The notes under the pieces were generated by a model that ran no database searches, was not told the DNA's origin, and saw only the letters and a list, made by a program, of their open reading frames with translations. Both the position numbers and the translations under genes were made by a program. Shown one piece after another: positions 9,419-19,771 of a stretch of DNA of 64,000 nucleotides (the first letter of the stretch is position 1; every line of letters begins with the position of its first letter). This DNA comes from an uncultured Planctomycetaceae bacterium (lineage in GTDB: Bacteria; Planctomycetota; Planctomycetia; Isosphaerales; Isosphaeraceae). The stretch covers positions 5,024,001-5,088,000 of the forward strand of contig CAWIAD010000002.1 in assembly GCA_963833985.1 (NCBI GenBank). The letters are read 5' to 3'.

Positions 9419-10453
9419 ATGACGATCGCGCGTGCGCATCTGGTTGATCCGTCGGTTACCCGCTGGTATCACTGCATCACGCGGTGCGTGCGGCGGGCGT
9501 TCCTGCTGGGGGAGGGCGGGATCGACCGCAAGGAATGGATCGAACGGCGACTCCAGGAACTTGCGGAGATCTTCTCGATCGCCGTGGGCGGGTTCGCCAT
9601 CCTCGATAATCACTTACATCTGCTGGTGCGGCTCGACCCGGATGTGGCGGCGGGGTGGCCGGATGAAGAGGTCGTGCGGCGCTGGGGGAGGCTTTTTCCG
9701 CCCCGCGACAGGGCTCGAAAGGCACTGCCGGTCTCGGAGGCTTGGGTCACGGAACGGCTGAAAGACGTGAAGTGGGTGGTGATGGCACGCCAGCGGCTGC
9801 AAAGCCTGAGCTGGTTCATGAAGTGCCTCAAGGAGCCGCTATCGCGGATGGCCAACCGCGAGGAGAACACACGCGGGGCGTTCTTCGAGGGGCGGTTCCA
9901 GAGCGTGGCGATCCTGGACGAGGAATCGCTGCTGGCGACGTGTGCCTACATCGATCTGAACCCGGTGGCGGCGGGGATCGCCCAGGTTCCGGAAGCCAGC
10001 CCGCACACGTCGATCAAGGAACGGGTCGAGCATGTTCAGGAGCAGGGGCGAGCAGAAGATCTGCAAGCCGCGAAGCAAGGCAGCGTGGCGGGGTCGAAGG
10101 CGGCGAGCGGGCTGGAGGAGCAGCTCTGGCTCTGTCCGATCGAGGACCGCCGGCGGCTCGACTCGGGTCGCGAAGGGATGCTCGAGGGGCTCTCGCTGGG
10201 GAACTACCTGCTGCTTGTGGACTACACCGGGCGGCTGTTTCGCGAGGGGAAGGCGGCGATCTCGGCGGAGCTGGACGGGATACTGGAGCGGCTGGGGAGC
10301 AATGCCGAGAGCTGGCAGGCACGGCTGCTGAAGCTGGCGGGCGGTCGGCTGCTGGGACGGTTCTTCGCCGCCAGCCGGGAACGTCTGCGGGATGTGGCCG
10401 GTCGGCTGGGCCGGCATCACCTGGCCAACCTAGGCGGCTGCTCGGCACGGTGA
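9419..10453 (+). CDS. HUH Y1 transposase, RAYT/IS200-like long form
   Basis: YHCITRCVRRAFL, HUH motif DNHLHLL, FFEGRFQS, catalytic Tyr in AYIDLNPV; AGGAGG RBS. Confidence 0.9.
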   Translation: MTIARAHLVDPSVTRWYHCITRCVRRAFLLGEGGIDRKEWIERRLQELAEIFSIAVGGFAILDNHLHLLVRLDPDVAAGWPDEEVVRRWGRLFPPRDRARKALPVSEAWVTERLKDVKWVVMARQRLQSLSWFMKCLKEPLSRMANREENTRGAFFEGRFQSVAILDEESLLATCAYIDLNPVAAGIAQVPEASPHTSIKERVEHVQEQGRAEDLQAAKQGSVAGSKAASGLEEQLWLCPIEDRRRLDSGREGMLEGLSLGNYLLLVDYTGRLFREGKAAISAELDGILERLGSNAESWQARLLKLAGGRLLGRFFAASRERLRDVAGRLGRHHLANLGGCSAR

Positions 10454-10920
10454 GCCCGCGGCGAGATGCGCTGTGTGTCGGTCCAGGTTCTGGTCGGCCT
10501 CACGGCCGAGGTTGGAGGCTGCGCCCGTCCGAACCACGCGCTCACGCACGTGGTCACGCGTATCTCTCGCCTGCGGATCGCTCGTCGGTACCACACGCTC
10601 ACGTACGCGGGCGGCAACCTGGGCCGCTTGCCCGGCACGGTGAGTCCGCGGCGACCGTGGTAATGCGCGTCGCTCCAAACGGAAGGTCGGCCTCACGGCC
10701 GAGGTTGGAGGCTGCGCCCGTCCGAACCACGTGCTCACGCACATGGTCACACGTATTGGACTGCCGGATCGCTCGTGACTGCGCCCGTCCGAGCCACGTG
10801 CTCACGTACGCGGGCGCCGAGCTGGGCGGAAGTGCAGGCTGCGCCCGTCCGAACCACGTGCTCACGCACGTGGTCACACGTATTGGACTGCCGGATCGCC
10901 GACACTGTGCCCGGGTGAGC
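10426..10920 (+). repeat. Composite repeat/hairpin array downstream of the HUH transposase
   Basis: ~190-bp imperfect duplication starting inside the gene 3' end (10426 vs 10615); core ctgcgcccgtccgaRccacgYgctcacg at about 10519, 10712, 10779, 10839. Confidence 0.9.
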
Positions 10921-11559
10921 CCCGCAGTCGCGCATGTAGTTACCGACCTGGGCGTAAGCGCCTGGTGTGAGGACCCCCGGACCCGCGCGGCCACCTCATC
11001 AATAATGAGCCGTCGCTGGGCGGACTGGAATCGTCAGAGCACCGTGATCGTGCCGTAAACTGGTAGGATGGGACGGTGCGTAAGTTACTGCGGCAGGTCG
11101 CTGATCTTCATCCGCGCCCTCGTTCAGGGGTTGGCCGGCCGGCTAGCAGTGGGCTGCCTGGGATCGGTGTGGGGACGCGGGATTCGTCAGATTGGAGTAC
11201 GAAAAAGTGACCGATCGAAGCCAAATGGATTGTGACCTTTAACTCACAACGTCCCAAAGAGTTACGCCCATGAAAATGGAGCGAAAGCGGAGGAGAACGA
11301 ACCCATTTTTCTGCGCCAGTCTCCAGGCGGGGAGGAAACGGCGGCTCCCTCGCGACGCGCCTGCTTGACAATGGAACTCTGCGATGCGAGGTTGAACTTG
11401 TGTTCCACGAACGTCGAATTGCCTCCGCTTTACCCGCCCCGAAAACGAACGACATCGCGTGGTCCGGATGGACCAGGCATGGCGCGACTGGAGAAACCTT
11501 TCTCTGTCCGCGGGTGCCGGTCACGTTGCTGCCAGGACCAAACCGCCGGAGACCGTCGC

Positions 11560-13916
11560 ATGACCCGGACCGCGAATGCGGTGATTGCGTGCTGCATCGC
11601 TGTTTTGTTCCAGGGCGACCCGGTTCAGGCTGGGGCGCCGCGGATAAGCGACATACGGCCGCTCGGAGTGCAGCGCGGGGTGACCAGCGAGGTGACGATC
11701 CGCGGCTTAGGGCTCTCCGGAAACCCGCGGTTCGTCGGACCGTTTACCGGCCGGGTTGAGTCGGTCGAGCCGAAGCGAAGCAGCGCGGGCCTTTGGAGCT
11801 TCCGGTTGACGGTACCGGCGAAGGTCGCAGTGGGTGTTTACCCGGTCCGCGTCCAGACAGAAGGCGGCGTTTCCAATCCCCTGCTGTTCGCGGTCGGGCA
11901 GCTTCCACAGGTCAGTGAAAAGGAAGACAACACCAACTTCGAGTCGGCCCAGGTGCTGCCGGCGATTCCCCTGGTTGTCGAGGGCGAGGTTGCTGGCAAT
12001 GACGTGGACTACTTTCGGTTCGCCGGCAAGGCAGGAGAGGTGATCGTGATCGATGCCCAGTGCGCCCGCATCGGCTCGGGCGTTGATCCGGCGCTCCGGC
12101 TGACTACCGCGTCCAGCCGCCGGCGGTTCGTCGCCTCGGCCGACGATACGCTCGGGCTCCTGACCGATGCCAGGCTGGTGGCCACGCTGCCCGAGGACTG
12201 CGACTACGTGATCGAGCTTTCCGACTCACGCTATCAGGGGGGTGGCCGGCCCGTCTATCGGCTGCTGGTTGGACCGGTCCCCGTGGCCGATGAGGTCTAT
12301 CCGCTCGGAGGCCGGGAGGGAGACACGTTGGGGCTGGAGCTCCGTGGCGGAACGCTCGGGACAACGTACTTCGCGGCGCTTCCGCTGGTGCGTTCAACCG
12401 GGACGCTGCTGTGTGTTCCCAGGATCAGCCAGGGGATGCTTGGACTGGCAACCGGCCCGGGGGCGGGCCTCGATGTCGAATCGCTGCATCCGCTGGTGAC
12501 CAGCGTCCTGCCGGAGCTGCGCGAGCCGGCCGATCCGGCTGCCTCGCCCATCAAGGCGGTGGCCCCAGTGGTGCTCAACGGCAGGATCGATCCAGCCGGC
12601 GACGAGGATCGCTTCGTGCTGGCGGTGACTCCCGGCGAGCGGTTGCACATCGCCGTCGAGGCCTCGCAGGACGGCTCGGCCCTGGACGGCGTGCTCCAGA
12701 TCCTCGGCGCCGGCGGCTCGGTGCTCGCCACCGCCGACGATACGGCCATCGCGGTTCCCGAAGCGCAGGCTGCCAAGGGAGGGATCGCACTTCCGGACCC
12801 CTCGGTCGACTTCACGGTTCCCGGCAGAACCAGCGAAATCACGCTGGCCCTGCGCGACCTCGAGGGCCGGGGCGGAGTGGGGTTTCCCTACCGAATTGTC
12901 GTCAGCCCCATCGTGCCTGGTTTCGCGATCGAGCTGGATGCGGCCGAGCTGAGCGTTCCCCGAGGCGGGACCGCGGTCCTGGGCGTGACCGTGAAGCGAT
13001 CCGCATACAATGGACCGATCGAGCTGTCGCTCGCGGACCCGCCGGCCGGGCTGGCTGTCCGAACGGGTACCATCGCGTCGGGCCAGGATCTGGGCGCGTT
13101 TTCGGTCTCGGCCACGGCGGCCGCCGATTTTCCGGCCGCACCGCTCAGGCTGCTGGGCCGCGGCCAGGGACCCGGATCAGCGCTTGACGCCGACGCGACC
13201 CGGCAGCTCGTCTTCGCCAGCCAGTCCGTCCTGCCAACCAGCACCCTGACGCAGCGTGGAGTTTTCGTCGCTCCGGCGGTGGCGGGACCTGTCCGGATCG
13301 ATGCGCCCGGCGGCGTGCTCGAGATCGCCCGCGGGCTGGGCGGCACCATCCCGGTCACGGTCGAGCGAGGCAAGAACGCCGAGGCAGAGCTGCAAGTCAG
13401 CCCCCTGCCCTTGCCGCCCGGACTGTCGATTCCGGCCACCAAGGTTGCGGCGAAGTCGGACCGGGCGGCCATCTCGGTCAACACCTCACTCGAGGCACCG
13501 CTCGGCCGGATGACGATCGCCTTGACAGCCCGCGGGAAGTTCGCGGGCGCTGACCAGACGATCGGGATCCCGGCCGTCACACTTGACCTGGTCCCGCCCG
13601 CCGAACTGCTGCTGGGCGCACAGGCCATGAAGGTGGCCCAGGGGCAAGCGGTGGAGCTCCGGGGACGCGTGGTGCGCAGAGGCGGCTTCGACGAGCCCGT
13701 GACGGTTCGAGCGAGCGGCCTCCCTTCCGGGCTCAAGGCCGGCGCGGTCACGGTCGCTCGCGGCGCCTCGGACTTCCGCATCAAGTTCGAAGCAGACGCG
13801 CGCACGCGGCCCAGGGGTCCACCGCCGTGCAGCTCAGCCTGGGATACCAGGTCGGAAAGAAGGATTACCCGTCTGCCCCGGTCCGGCTTTCGCTCCAGGT
13901 GGATCGCGCCAGGTAG
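11560..13916 (+). CDS. Secreted PPC (pre-peptidase C-terminal) domain protein; frameshift near 13815
   Basis: Signal peptide, PLGVQRG, GGVSNPLLFAVG, EKEDN, DVDYFRF, VVLNGRIDPAGDEDRF; natural C-terminus (QLSLGYQVGKKDY...) lies in the shifted frame. Confidence 0.85.
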
Positions 13917-13976
13917 CCATTATCCTGAACCCATCAAGAGACTCTCATGGCCATGGACATCACCAACGGCTCGATC

Positions 13977-15446
13977 ATGACCGCCCGCGCCTGGCTCGGC
14001 CTGCTTCTGGCTTTCTGCTCGCTCGCGTCCGCGCGGGCCGATGATCCTCAGCCACCCGCGAAGCCGGCCTCCGAGCGGCCCGCAGTCAAGAATACAGGGC
14101 ATGGGCAGGACAAACCGGCAGCGGATACAAAACCTGGCCAGGGCCAGCCGGTGAGCTTCCTGCGCAACATCGCGCCCATCCTGGTGAAGAACTGCATCGC
14201 CTGCCACAATCCCAAGAAATCGGAAAGCAAGTACGTGATGACGACGTTCGCCCAGCTTGCCAGGGGGGGAAAGCAGGGCGAGGGCATGACGGTGGTCCCG
14301 GGCAAACCCGACGAGAGTTTTTTCCTGGATGTGGTCCTGCCCGACGCGGAGCCGCGCATGCCGTACAAGCTCGATCCCTTACCGCCGGAGGAGATCAAGC
14401 TGCTGGAGCGGTGGATCGCCGAGGGAGCCAGGTACGAAGGTGCGAGTCCGGCCGAGGACTGGACGTTCCTGCTGCGCAAGAACCGGAAGGTTGATATCCC
14501 GCGGGTCTATCCCGTCACCGTGCCGATCACGGCGCTGGCGTTCACTCCCGACGGCAAGCAGGTCGTGGCGTCCGGTTATCACGAAATCACATTCTGGAAT
14601 GTATCGGATGGGCTGCTCGGCCAGCGGGTCCCCGGCCTTTGCGAGCGGACATACGCGCTGGTTTTCAGCCGCGACGGCCGTTTCCTGGCCACGGCCGGCG
14701 GCGACCCCGGCCAGTACGGCCTGGTGAAGCTCTGGGCGGTGAGCAAGGAGGGGTTCGATCCGGTACGCGACCTTGCCGAGAGCCAGGACGCGGTCTTCGC
14801 GGTGGAATTCAGCCCCGACGGCAAGCGCCTGGCGACGGCAGGAGCTGACCGGACCGTCCGCATCCACGATGCCGAGACCGGCAAGACGATCGTGCAGATC
14901 GAGGACCACGCCGACTGGATCTTCGATATCGCGTTCAGCCCCGACGGCAAGCGCCTGGCCACCGCGAGCCGCGACAAGACCTGCAAGGTGTTCGACGTCG
15001 CCAGGAAGGAGTCTCTGGTGACATTCACGGGGCACGGTCAGCCGGTGGACACGGTGAGTTTCCAGGCCGACGGCAAGACGGTTACCAGCGGGGGCGAGGA
15101 CGGCGAGGTCCGCATCTGGACCACTGAGGGAGAGGCGAAGCAAACCAAGGAGCTGGGCGGGTTCGGCGGTGCCGTGTTCCGGGTGCGCCGCTCCCCCGAC
15201 GGCACGCTGCTGGCGGCATGCAGCGCGGACAAGTCGGTCCGGCTCTTCAAGGCGGCTGACGGCTCGGCGGTCCGCACACTGTCGGGACACACCGACTGGG
15301 TCTACGCGCTGGCCTTCTCGCCGGATGGCAAGACCCTGGCCTCGGGAAGCTGGGACGGCGAGGTCCGGCTCTGGAACGTGGCCGACGGCAAGCTCGTCCG
15401 GACGATCATCGCGGCGCCGGGTTTCAAACCCGGTGCGGTCAAGTGA
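13977..15446 (+). CDS. Planctomycete cytochrome c domain plus WD40 repeat protein
   Basis: VSFLRNIAPILVKNCIACH, VVPGKPDES, MP, WIAEGA; WD40 repeats FSPDG..LATA. Confidence 0.9.
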   Translation: MTARAWLGLLLAFCSLASARADDPQPPAKPASERPAVKNTGHGQDKPAADTKPGQGQPVSFLRNIAPILVKNCIACHNPKKSESKYVMTTFAQLARGGKQGEGMTVVPGKPDESFFLDVVLPDAEPRMPYKLDPLPPEEIKLLERWIAEGARYEGASPAEDWTFLLRKNRKVDIPRVYPVTVPITALAFTPDGKQVVASGYHEITFWNVSDGLLGQRVPGLCERTYALVFSRDGRFLATAGGDPGQYGLVKLWAVSKEGFDPVRDLAESQDAVFAVEFSPDGKRLATAGADRTVRIHDAETGKTIVQIEDHADWIFDIAFSPDGKRLATASRDKTCKVFDVARKESLVTFTGHGQPVDTVSFQADGKTVTSGGEDGEVRIWTTEGEAKQTKELGGFGGAVFRVRRSPDGTLLAACSADKSVRLFKAADGSAVRTLSGHTDWVYALAFSPDGKTLASGSWDGEVRLWNVADGKLVRTIIAAPGFKPGAVK

Positions 15447-16761
15447 ACAGCTCGGCAATTGCTTGCGCGCCGGCCGCCAGCACGAACGGCTCGCCCGCCG
15501 GGTTTTGCAGTCTGTGGTCAGGTGCGATCCCGAGGCTGCGGTACATGGTGGCGAGCAGTTCCTGCGGCCGCACGGGCCGGCTTGACGGAGCCCCGGCGTG
15601 CGGGTCGCTGGCACCCACCACCTGCCCACCGCGCACGCCTCCGCCCGCCAGAAGCGCACTCCAGACGCCCGGCCAGTGGTCGCGGCCGCCCGCGATGTTG
15701 AGCCGTGGCGTCCGCCCGAATTCCCCCGTTGCCACCACGAGCGTGGTCTCGAGCAGACCGCGCGAGTCCAGGTCGTCCAGCAAGGTTGAGAGAGCCCGGT
15801 CGAGGGTCGGCAAGAGGGAACCGGAGTAATCCTCGAGCGTGCTGAAAGGCGCGGAGCCGTGGCAGTCCCAGGTGGTTTTGTCAAAAACGGTATCAAACAT
15901 GTTCACAGTCACCATACGAACACCCGACTCGACGAGCCGGCGCGCCAGCAGGCAGCTCTGGCCGAAGCTGTTCCGGCCGTACGCGTCTCGAACCGCCCCG
16001 GGCTCGCGATCCAGGCGGAAAGCGGAGCTGGCCTCGGGGGTCAGGGCAGAGGTGGCCGCGGCTGGAGCGGCTGCCAGCAGTCCAGGCAGATCGAAGTCGT
16101 CCCGGGACCGATCGAGCCAGCGCCGCGTCTGATCGAGCGTCGCGCGGCCGTCCCAGGCTGGTGAGCCGGGATCTCCGACGATCGTGAACGGCTCGTAGGC
16201 CGGCCCGAGCCAGCCGGCCGTCTGGCCGTGGGACGCCCGCACGCCCGTGTTCTGAATAGGCCCAGGCAGCACGACGCAAGACGGCACAGAACTCTGCCGT
16301 TCCGTCAGGCATCGGGTCACGGCCCCAAGGTGCGGATGCTCCTCCCCTGGCGGGCAGAGCCGACCCGTCTGCAAGAGCTGGTATCCTGTTTCGTGAATGG
16401 GGGCGGCATCGTGATGGAGGGAACGCACCAGCGCCAGGCGGTCCATGCGGTCGGCAAGCCGCGGCAGATGCTCGCAAATGCGCACGCCTGGGACCCTTGT
16501 GGCAATCGAGTTGAAGGGGCCGCGGATTTCTCGGGGCGCGTCCGGCTTCGGATCGAAGGTCTCAAGCTGGCTCGGCCCGCCCACGAGCAAGAGCAGGATG
16601 ACCGCCCGGTCATGACCACGCCGGTCCGCGGGAGCCGCCCGGGCTGCTGACCTGGTCAGCGTAAGCCCCAGTGAACCGAGCCCCAGCCCACCCACGCGGA
16701 GAAACTCACGACGGGTGAAGCCCTCACATGTCTTCACTATCCCCTGGCTGATCGCGAGCAT
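15439..16761 (-). CDS. DUF1501 domain protein
   Basis: TRREFLRVG, GGPSQLETFDPKP, FGQSCLLARRLVE, GEFGRTP, GRDHWP. Confidence 0.92.
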   Translation of the reverse strand: MLAISQGIVKTCEGFTRREFLRVGGLGLGSLGLTLTRSAARAAPADRRGHDRAVILLLLVGGPSQLETFDPKPDAPREIRGPFNSIATRVPGVRICEHLPRLADRMDRLALVRSLHHDAAPIHETGYQLLQTGRLCPPGEEHPHLGAVTRCLTERQSSVPSCVVLPGPIQNTGVRASHGQTAGWLGPAYEPFTIVGDPGSPAWDGRATLDQTRRWLDRSRDDFDLPGLLAAAPAAATSALTPEASSAFRLDREPGAVRDAYGRNSFGQSCLLARRLVESGVRMVTVNMFDTVFDKTTWDCHGSAPFSTLEDYSGSLLPTLDRALSTLLDDLDSRGLLETTLVVATGEFGRTPRLNIAGGRDHWPGVWSALLAGGGVRGGQVVGASDPHAGAPSSRPVRPQELLATMYRSLGIAPDHRLQNPAGEPFVLAAGAQAIAELFT

Positions 16762-17102
16762 CGTGGTCACCCTCCGCCTGCCTGGTGAGATACGCATCGC
16801 CCGATTCACCGGCGTTCAAATTACCCGCGCATCGGGCCTGGGGACAGGTGGCTCCAGGATTTCCGGACGATTCGCCGAAGATCCGGCGACAGGGGTTTTC
16901 AGCGAGACACTTCGGGTTGTGGCGATTCTGCTGGTTCCAGGGTTTATAGGAAGGCCGCGTGGATCCGATAAAATCCGGTAAACTCGGCGTTTGGGAGAAC
17001 CCGATAAACTTGTGAAAAAGCCGTCTGAGTCTCAGGACGAACTCCGGCATGCGTCGCATCCCGTCTGCACGGGGTCCGAGCGACGATGAAACGAGGTCGA
17101 GT

Positions 17103-18701
17103 ATGCGGCGATCAGGCAGGAAGCTGTTTCTCATGGCATGTCTCGGGTGGCTCGTCTGCCCGGGAGTGCTGCGGGGGCAAGCTCCGACCATCGAAAACAC
17201 GCAAATGATGGGCTCGATGACGGCGGCCCCGGGGTCGAGTCAGTCGCGACTCGGGACGATGCCGGGTGCGGGGTCGATGATCCTGGGAAACCAGCCCGGG
17301 AGCGGCAGCATGCTGCTGAACCGGATCGGCACCGCCGCGCCGCGGGTGCCGGCGGCGATCACCATGCCCGGGCAGGGCATGCAGATCCCACAGCCGACCG
17401 GAATCACCGTGCCAGCACCTTTGCCGGTGCCGCGAGCGCCCCTCTATGGAACGCTTTCGCTGCCCACCGAGGAAGCCAGCGAGGGACCGGCCAACGGCCT
17501 GACGCTCGACCAGGCCATCGAGATTCTGGTCCACAACAATCCCGACTTGCTCTCGAAACGCATGGAGATCCCGCAGGCTCGAGCGGATATCTTGACGGCC
17601 AGCCTGCGCGCCAACCCGATACTCTACGCCGACAGTCAGCTTGTCCCCTACGGAGTCTTCAACGATCGCAAGCCGGGCGGCCCGACCCAGTATGACCTGA
17701 ACGTCTCGCACCCGATCGATTTCTCGCACAAGCGCCTGGCCCGGACAGACTACGCCGTCCGCGCTCTGAAGGTGACCGAGGCCCAGTTCCAGGACGCGGT
17801 ACGGCTGGAGATCAACAACCTGTACACCGCGTTCGTGGATGTGCTGGCCGCGCGGCAGACGGTCACGTACGCCAGGGCGAGTGTGAAGGGACTCAGCGTA
17901 CTCCTCCAGAAGACGGAGCTGTTGTACGAGAAGGACCTCAGCTCGCGGGCGGACGTGGAGGATATCAAGACGCAAGGACAAATTGCGGAGGTGGGCGTGC
18001 TGGACGCCGAGGAGAGCTTGCGCAAAGCCAGGCGAACGCTGGGGATGCTGCTTTATCTGCCGCCCGACCAGGCCGAGACGCTGGAGGTCCGCGGCAGTAT
18101 CCTCGACCGGGGGCCGGCTCCGCCAGCACTGGAAGAGCTGGTGCAACGTGCCGTCAACTGCCGGCCGGACGCGCAGGCGTACCGGCTGGGGCTACAGCTC
18201 TCGGAGTCCGGCGTGCGGCTGGCGCGTGCCAACCGCTATTCCGATGCATACCTGCTGTACCAGCCCTACACCTTTCAAAACAACGCCCCGTTCGGCAAGC
18301 AGAGCGCCATATCGTGGGCGCTCGGGATGACCGTCCCGCTGCCGGTCTACAACCGCAACCAGGGGAACATCGAACGGGCCCGGCAGAACGTCACCCAGTC
18401 GCAGATCGAACTGGAGGGCGCACTGCGGCGGATCATCACCGAAGTGCAGCAGGCGGCCAAGGAATACCAGGTGAGCGGGCAGATCTCAGAACGGATCCGC
18501 ACGGGGATCCTGCCGACGTCAAGCCGCTCGCTGGATGACCGGCGCAAGCTTTTTCAGGGGGGCGAGACGAACGCCGTCGCGTACATCCAGGCGCAAAGGA
18601 GCTACAACGACACGGTCAAATCCTACCTTGACACGGTGGTGCGGCACCGCCGCAGCATGCTTGGGCTGAACACCGCCGTCGGTCAAAGGATCCTACCGTG
18701 A
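17103..18701 (+). CDS. TolC/CzcC-family outer membrane efflux protein
   Basis: LTLDQAI..NPDL, TASLRANP, VPLPVYNRNQGNI. Confidence 0.85.
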   Translation: MRRSGRKLFLMACLGWLVCPGVLRGQAPTIENTQMMGSMTAAPGSSQSRLGTMPGAGSMILGNQPGSGSMLLNRIGTAAPRVPAAITMPGQGMQIPQPTGITVPAPLPVPRAPLYGTLSLPTEEASEGPANGLTLDQAIEILVHNNPDLLSKRMEIPQARADILTASLRANPILYADSQLVPYGVFNDRKPGGPTQYDLNVSHPIDFSHKRLARTDYAVRALKVTEAQFQDAVRLEINNLYTAFVDVLAARQTVTYARASVKGLSVLLQKTELLYEKDLSSRADVEDIKTQGQIAEVGVLDAEESLRKARRTLGMLLYLPPDQAETLEVRGSILDRGPAPPALEELVQRAVNCRPDAQAYRLGLQLSESGVRLARANRYSDAYLLYQPYTFQNNAPFGKQSAISWALGMTVPLPVYNRNQGNIERARQNVTQSQIELEGALRRIITEVQQAAKEYQVSGQISERIRTGILPTSSRSLDDRRKLFQGGETNAVAYIQAQRSYNDTVKSYLDTVVRHRRSMLGLNTAVGQRILP

Positions 18702-18935
18702 AAGCCTGAGAGAACCTTGAAGTCGGATGCGGGAGAGGAGCGCGTGGCTCGGAACGAGGCGGCGAGGCCGGCCCGGCGGTTCGAGATCCGCCAGGCAGTC
18801 TCCAGGATGGCGCGGCACACAACTCGCCGGGCATGGTCCTGATTCGCCCGCGGAACCACTCGGCATTGGGGCAGCGGGCGAACAGGATGGCGAACGGTCG
18901 TCGCCACGGCAGGCCAGGGGTTTTCGAGAGGTCTG

Positions 18936-19295
18936 TCAGGAGATCAGGTTCTTGACCACGCGGGCCAGATCGGAACCGGTTTCGGTGAGGCTGTAGAAGT
19001 TGTTCTTACCCTGGCGGCGCGGGGCAATGATGTTGCCATGCCGCAAGAGCGCCAGGTGGTGGCTCACCGCGGGCTGGCTCTGACTGAGCTGCGCACACAG
19101 GGCGCCGACGTGGCGCTCGCCTTCTGCCAGGATCAAGATCACTTGCAGACGCGTGGGGTCGCTCACGTGCTTGAGCAGGATCGACGCCCGCTTTGCCTGC
19201 TGGAACCGGTGGTCGGCTCCCTTGGGAGCTTTCACCTTGCTGTTGGCGGTGCGTGTCGCGACCGCGGTCTTGGGACTGGTCTTCGTCGCTGCCAT
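18936..19295 (-). CDS. ArsR/SmtB family transcriptional regulator
   Basis: SDPTRLQVI, SQPAVSHHLALLR, RRQGKNNFYSL; AGGAG RBS. Confidence 0.9.
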   Translation of the reverse strand: MAATKTSPKTAVATRTANSKVKAPKGADHRFQQAKRASILLKHVSDPTRLQVILILAEGERHVGALCAQLSQSQPAVSHHLALLRHGNIIAPRRQGKNNFYSLTETGSDLARVVKNLIS

Positions 19296-19569
19296 AAAAC
19301 TACTCTCCTGCGCATGACGGCCTGCTTGATGACCCGCCAGAAACTTTCCCTGCTTCACGCTGACTCCCGGAACGACGACGAACTGCGGACCAGGCGCGAC
19401 TTGGCAACCATCAGTAATCCATCATAAACATCGCCTGATCGCAAACAACATCGTCATCGTTGTCAATCCACCACTGAATTGATCCATGTAGCCAGCCATG
19501 GAAGCCTGATCCGTCAACGAAACGTTCACGACATTGCGCGAACGTATCTCGACGTGGGTGGTTGTCAAC

Positions 19570-19597
19570 ATCTTATTGCTACTCTAACAAATGTCAA
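19570..19597 (-). promoter_or_regulatory. Sigma70 promoter upstream of the ArsR gene
   Basis: TTGACA-N16-TAAGAT in an AT-rich region. Confidence 0.55.
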
Positions 19598-19771
19598 CCA
19601 CGATCTGCAATCTTTAATGGCTTAGATCCGTCAATTTGTTAGATCCAGCATTACGAACCTATTCGGAGACGGCCTGGCGTGGCCCGTGTCCGATTCACAA
19701 AGGCTTGTAGGAGCGAATGTTCCAGCCAGATGGATCCACATTCGTCGCGGCCTCCCGTTGCACCTGCGCGG

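Noticed and set aside
8925..9447. Low-complexity ORFs (FLSFLSF / KDRKDRK)
   Set aside because: Translations of the purine-rich DNA repeat
10426..10920. CRISPR array
   Set aside because: Repeat lengths and spacing are irregular, intervening segments are partly repeated, and there are no cas genes; kept as a HUH-associated repeat array
18774..18792. ggcggttcgagatccgcc T-arm-like hairpin
   Set aside because: No acceptor, D or anticodon arms; probably a simple intergenic hairpin
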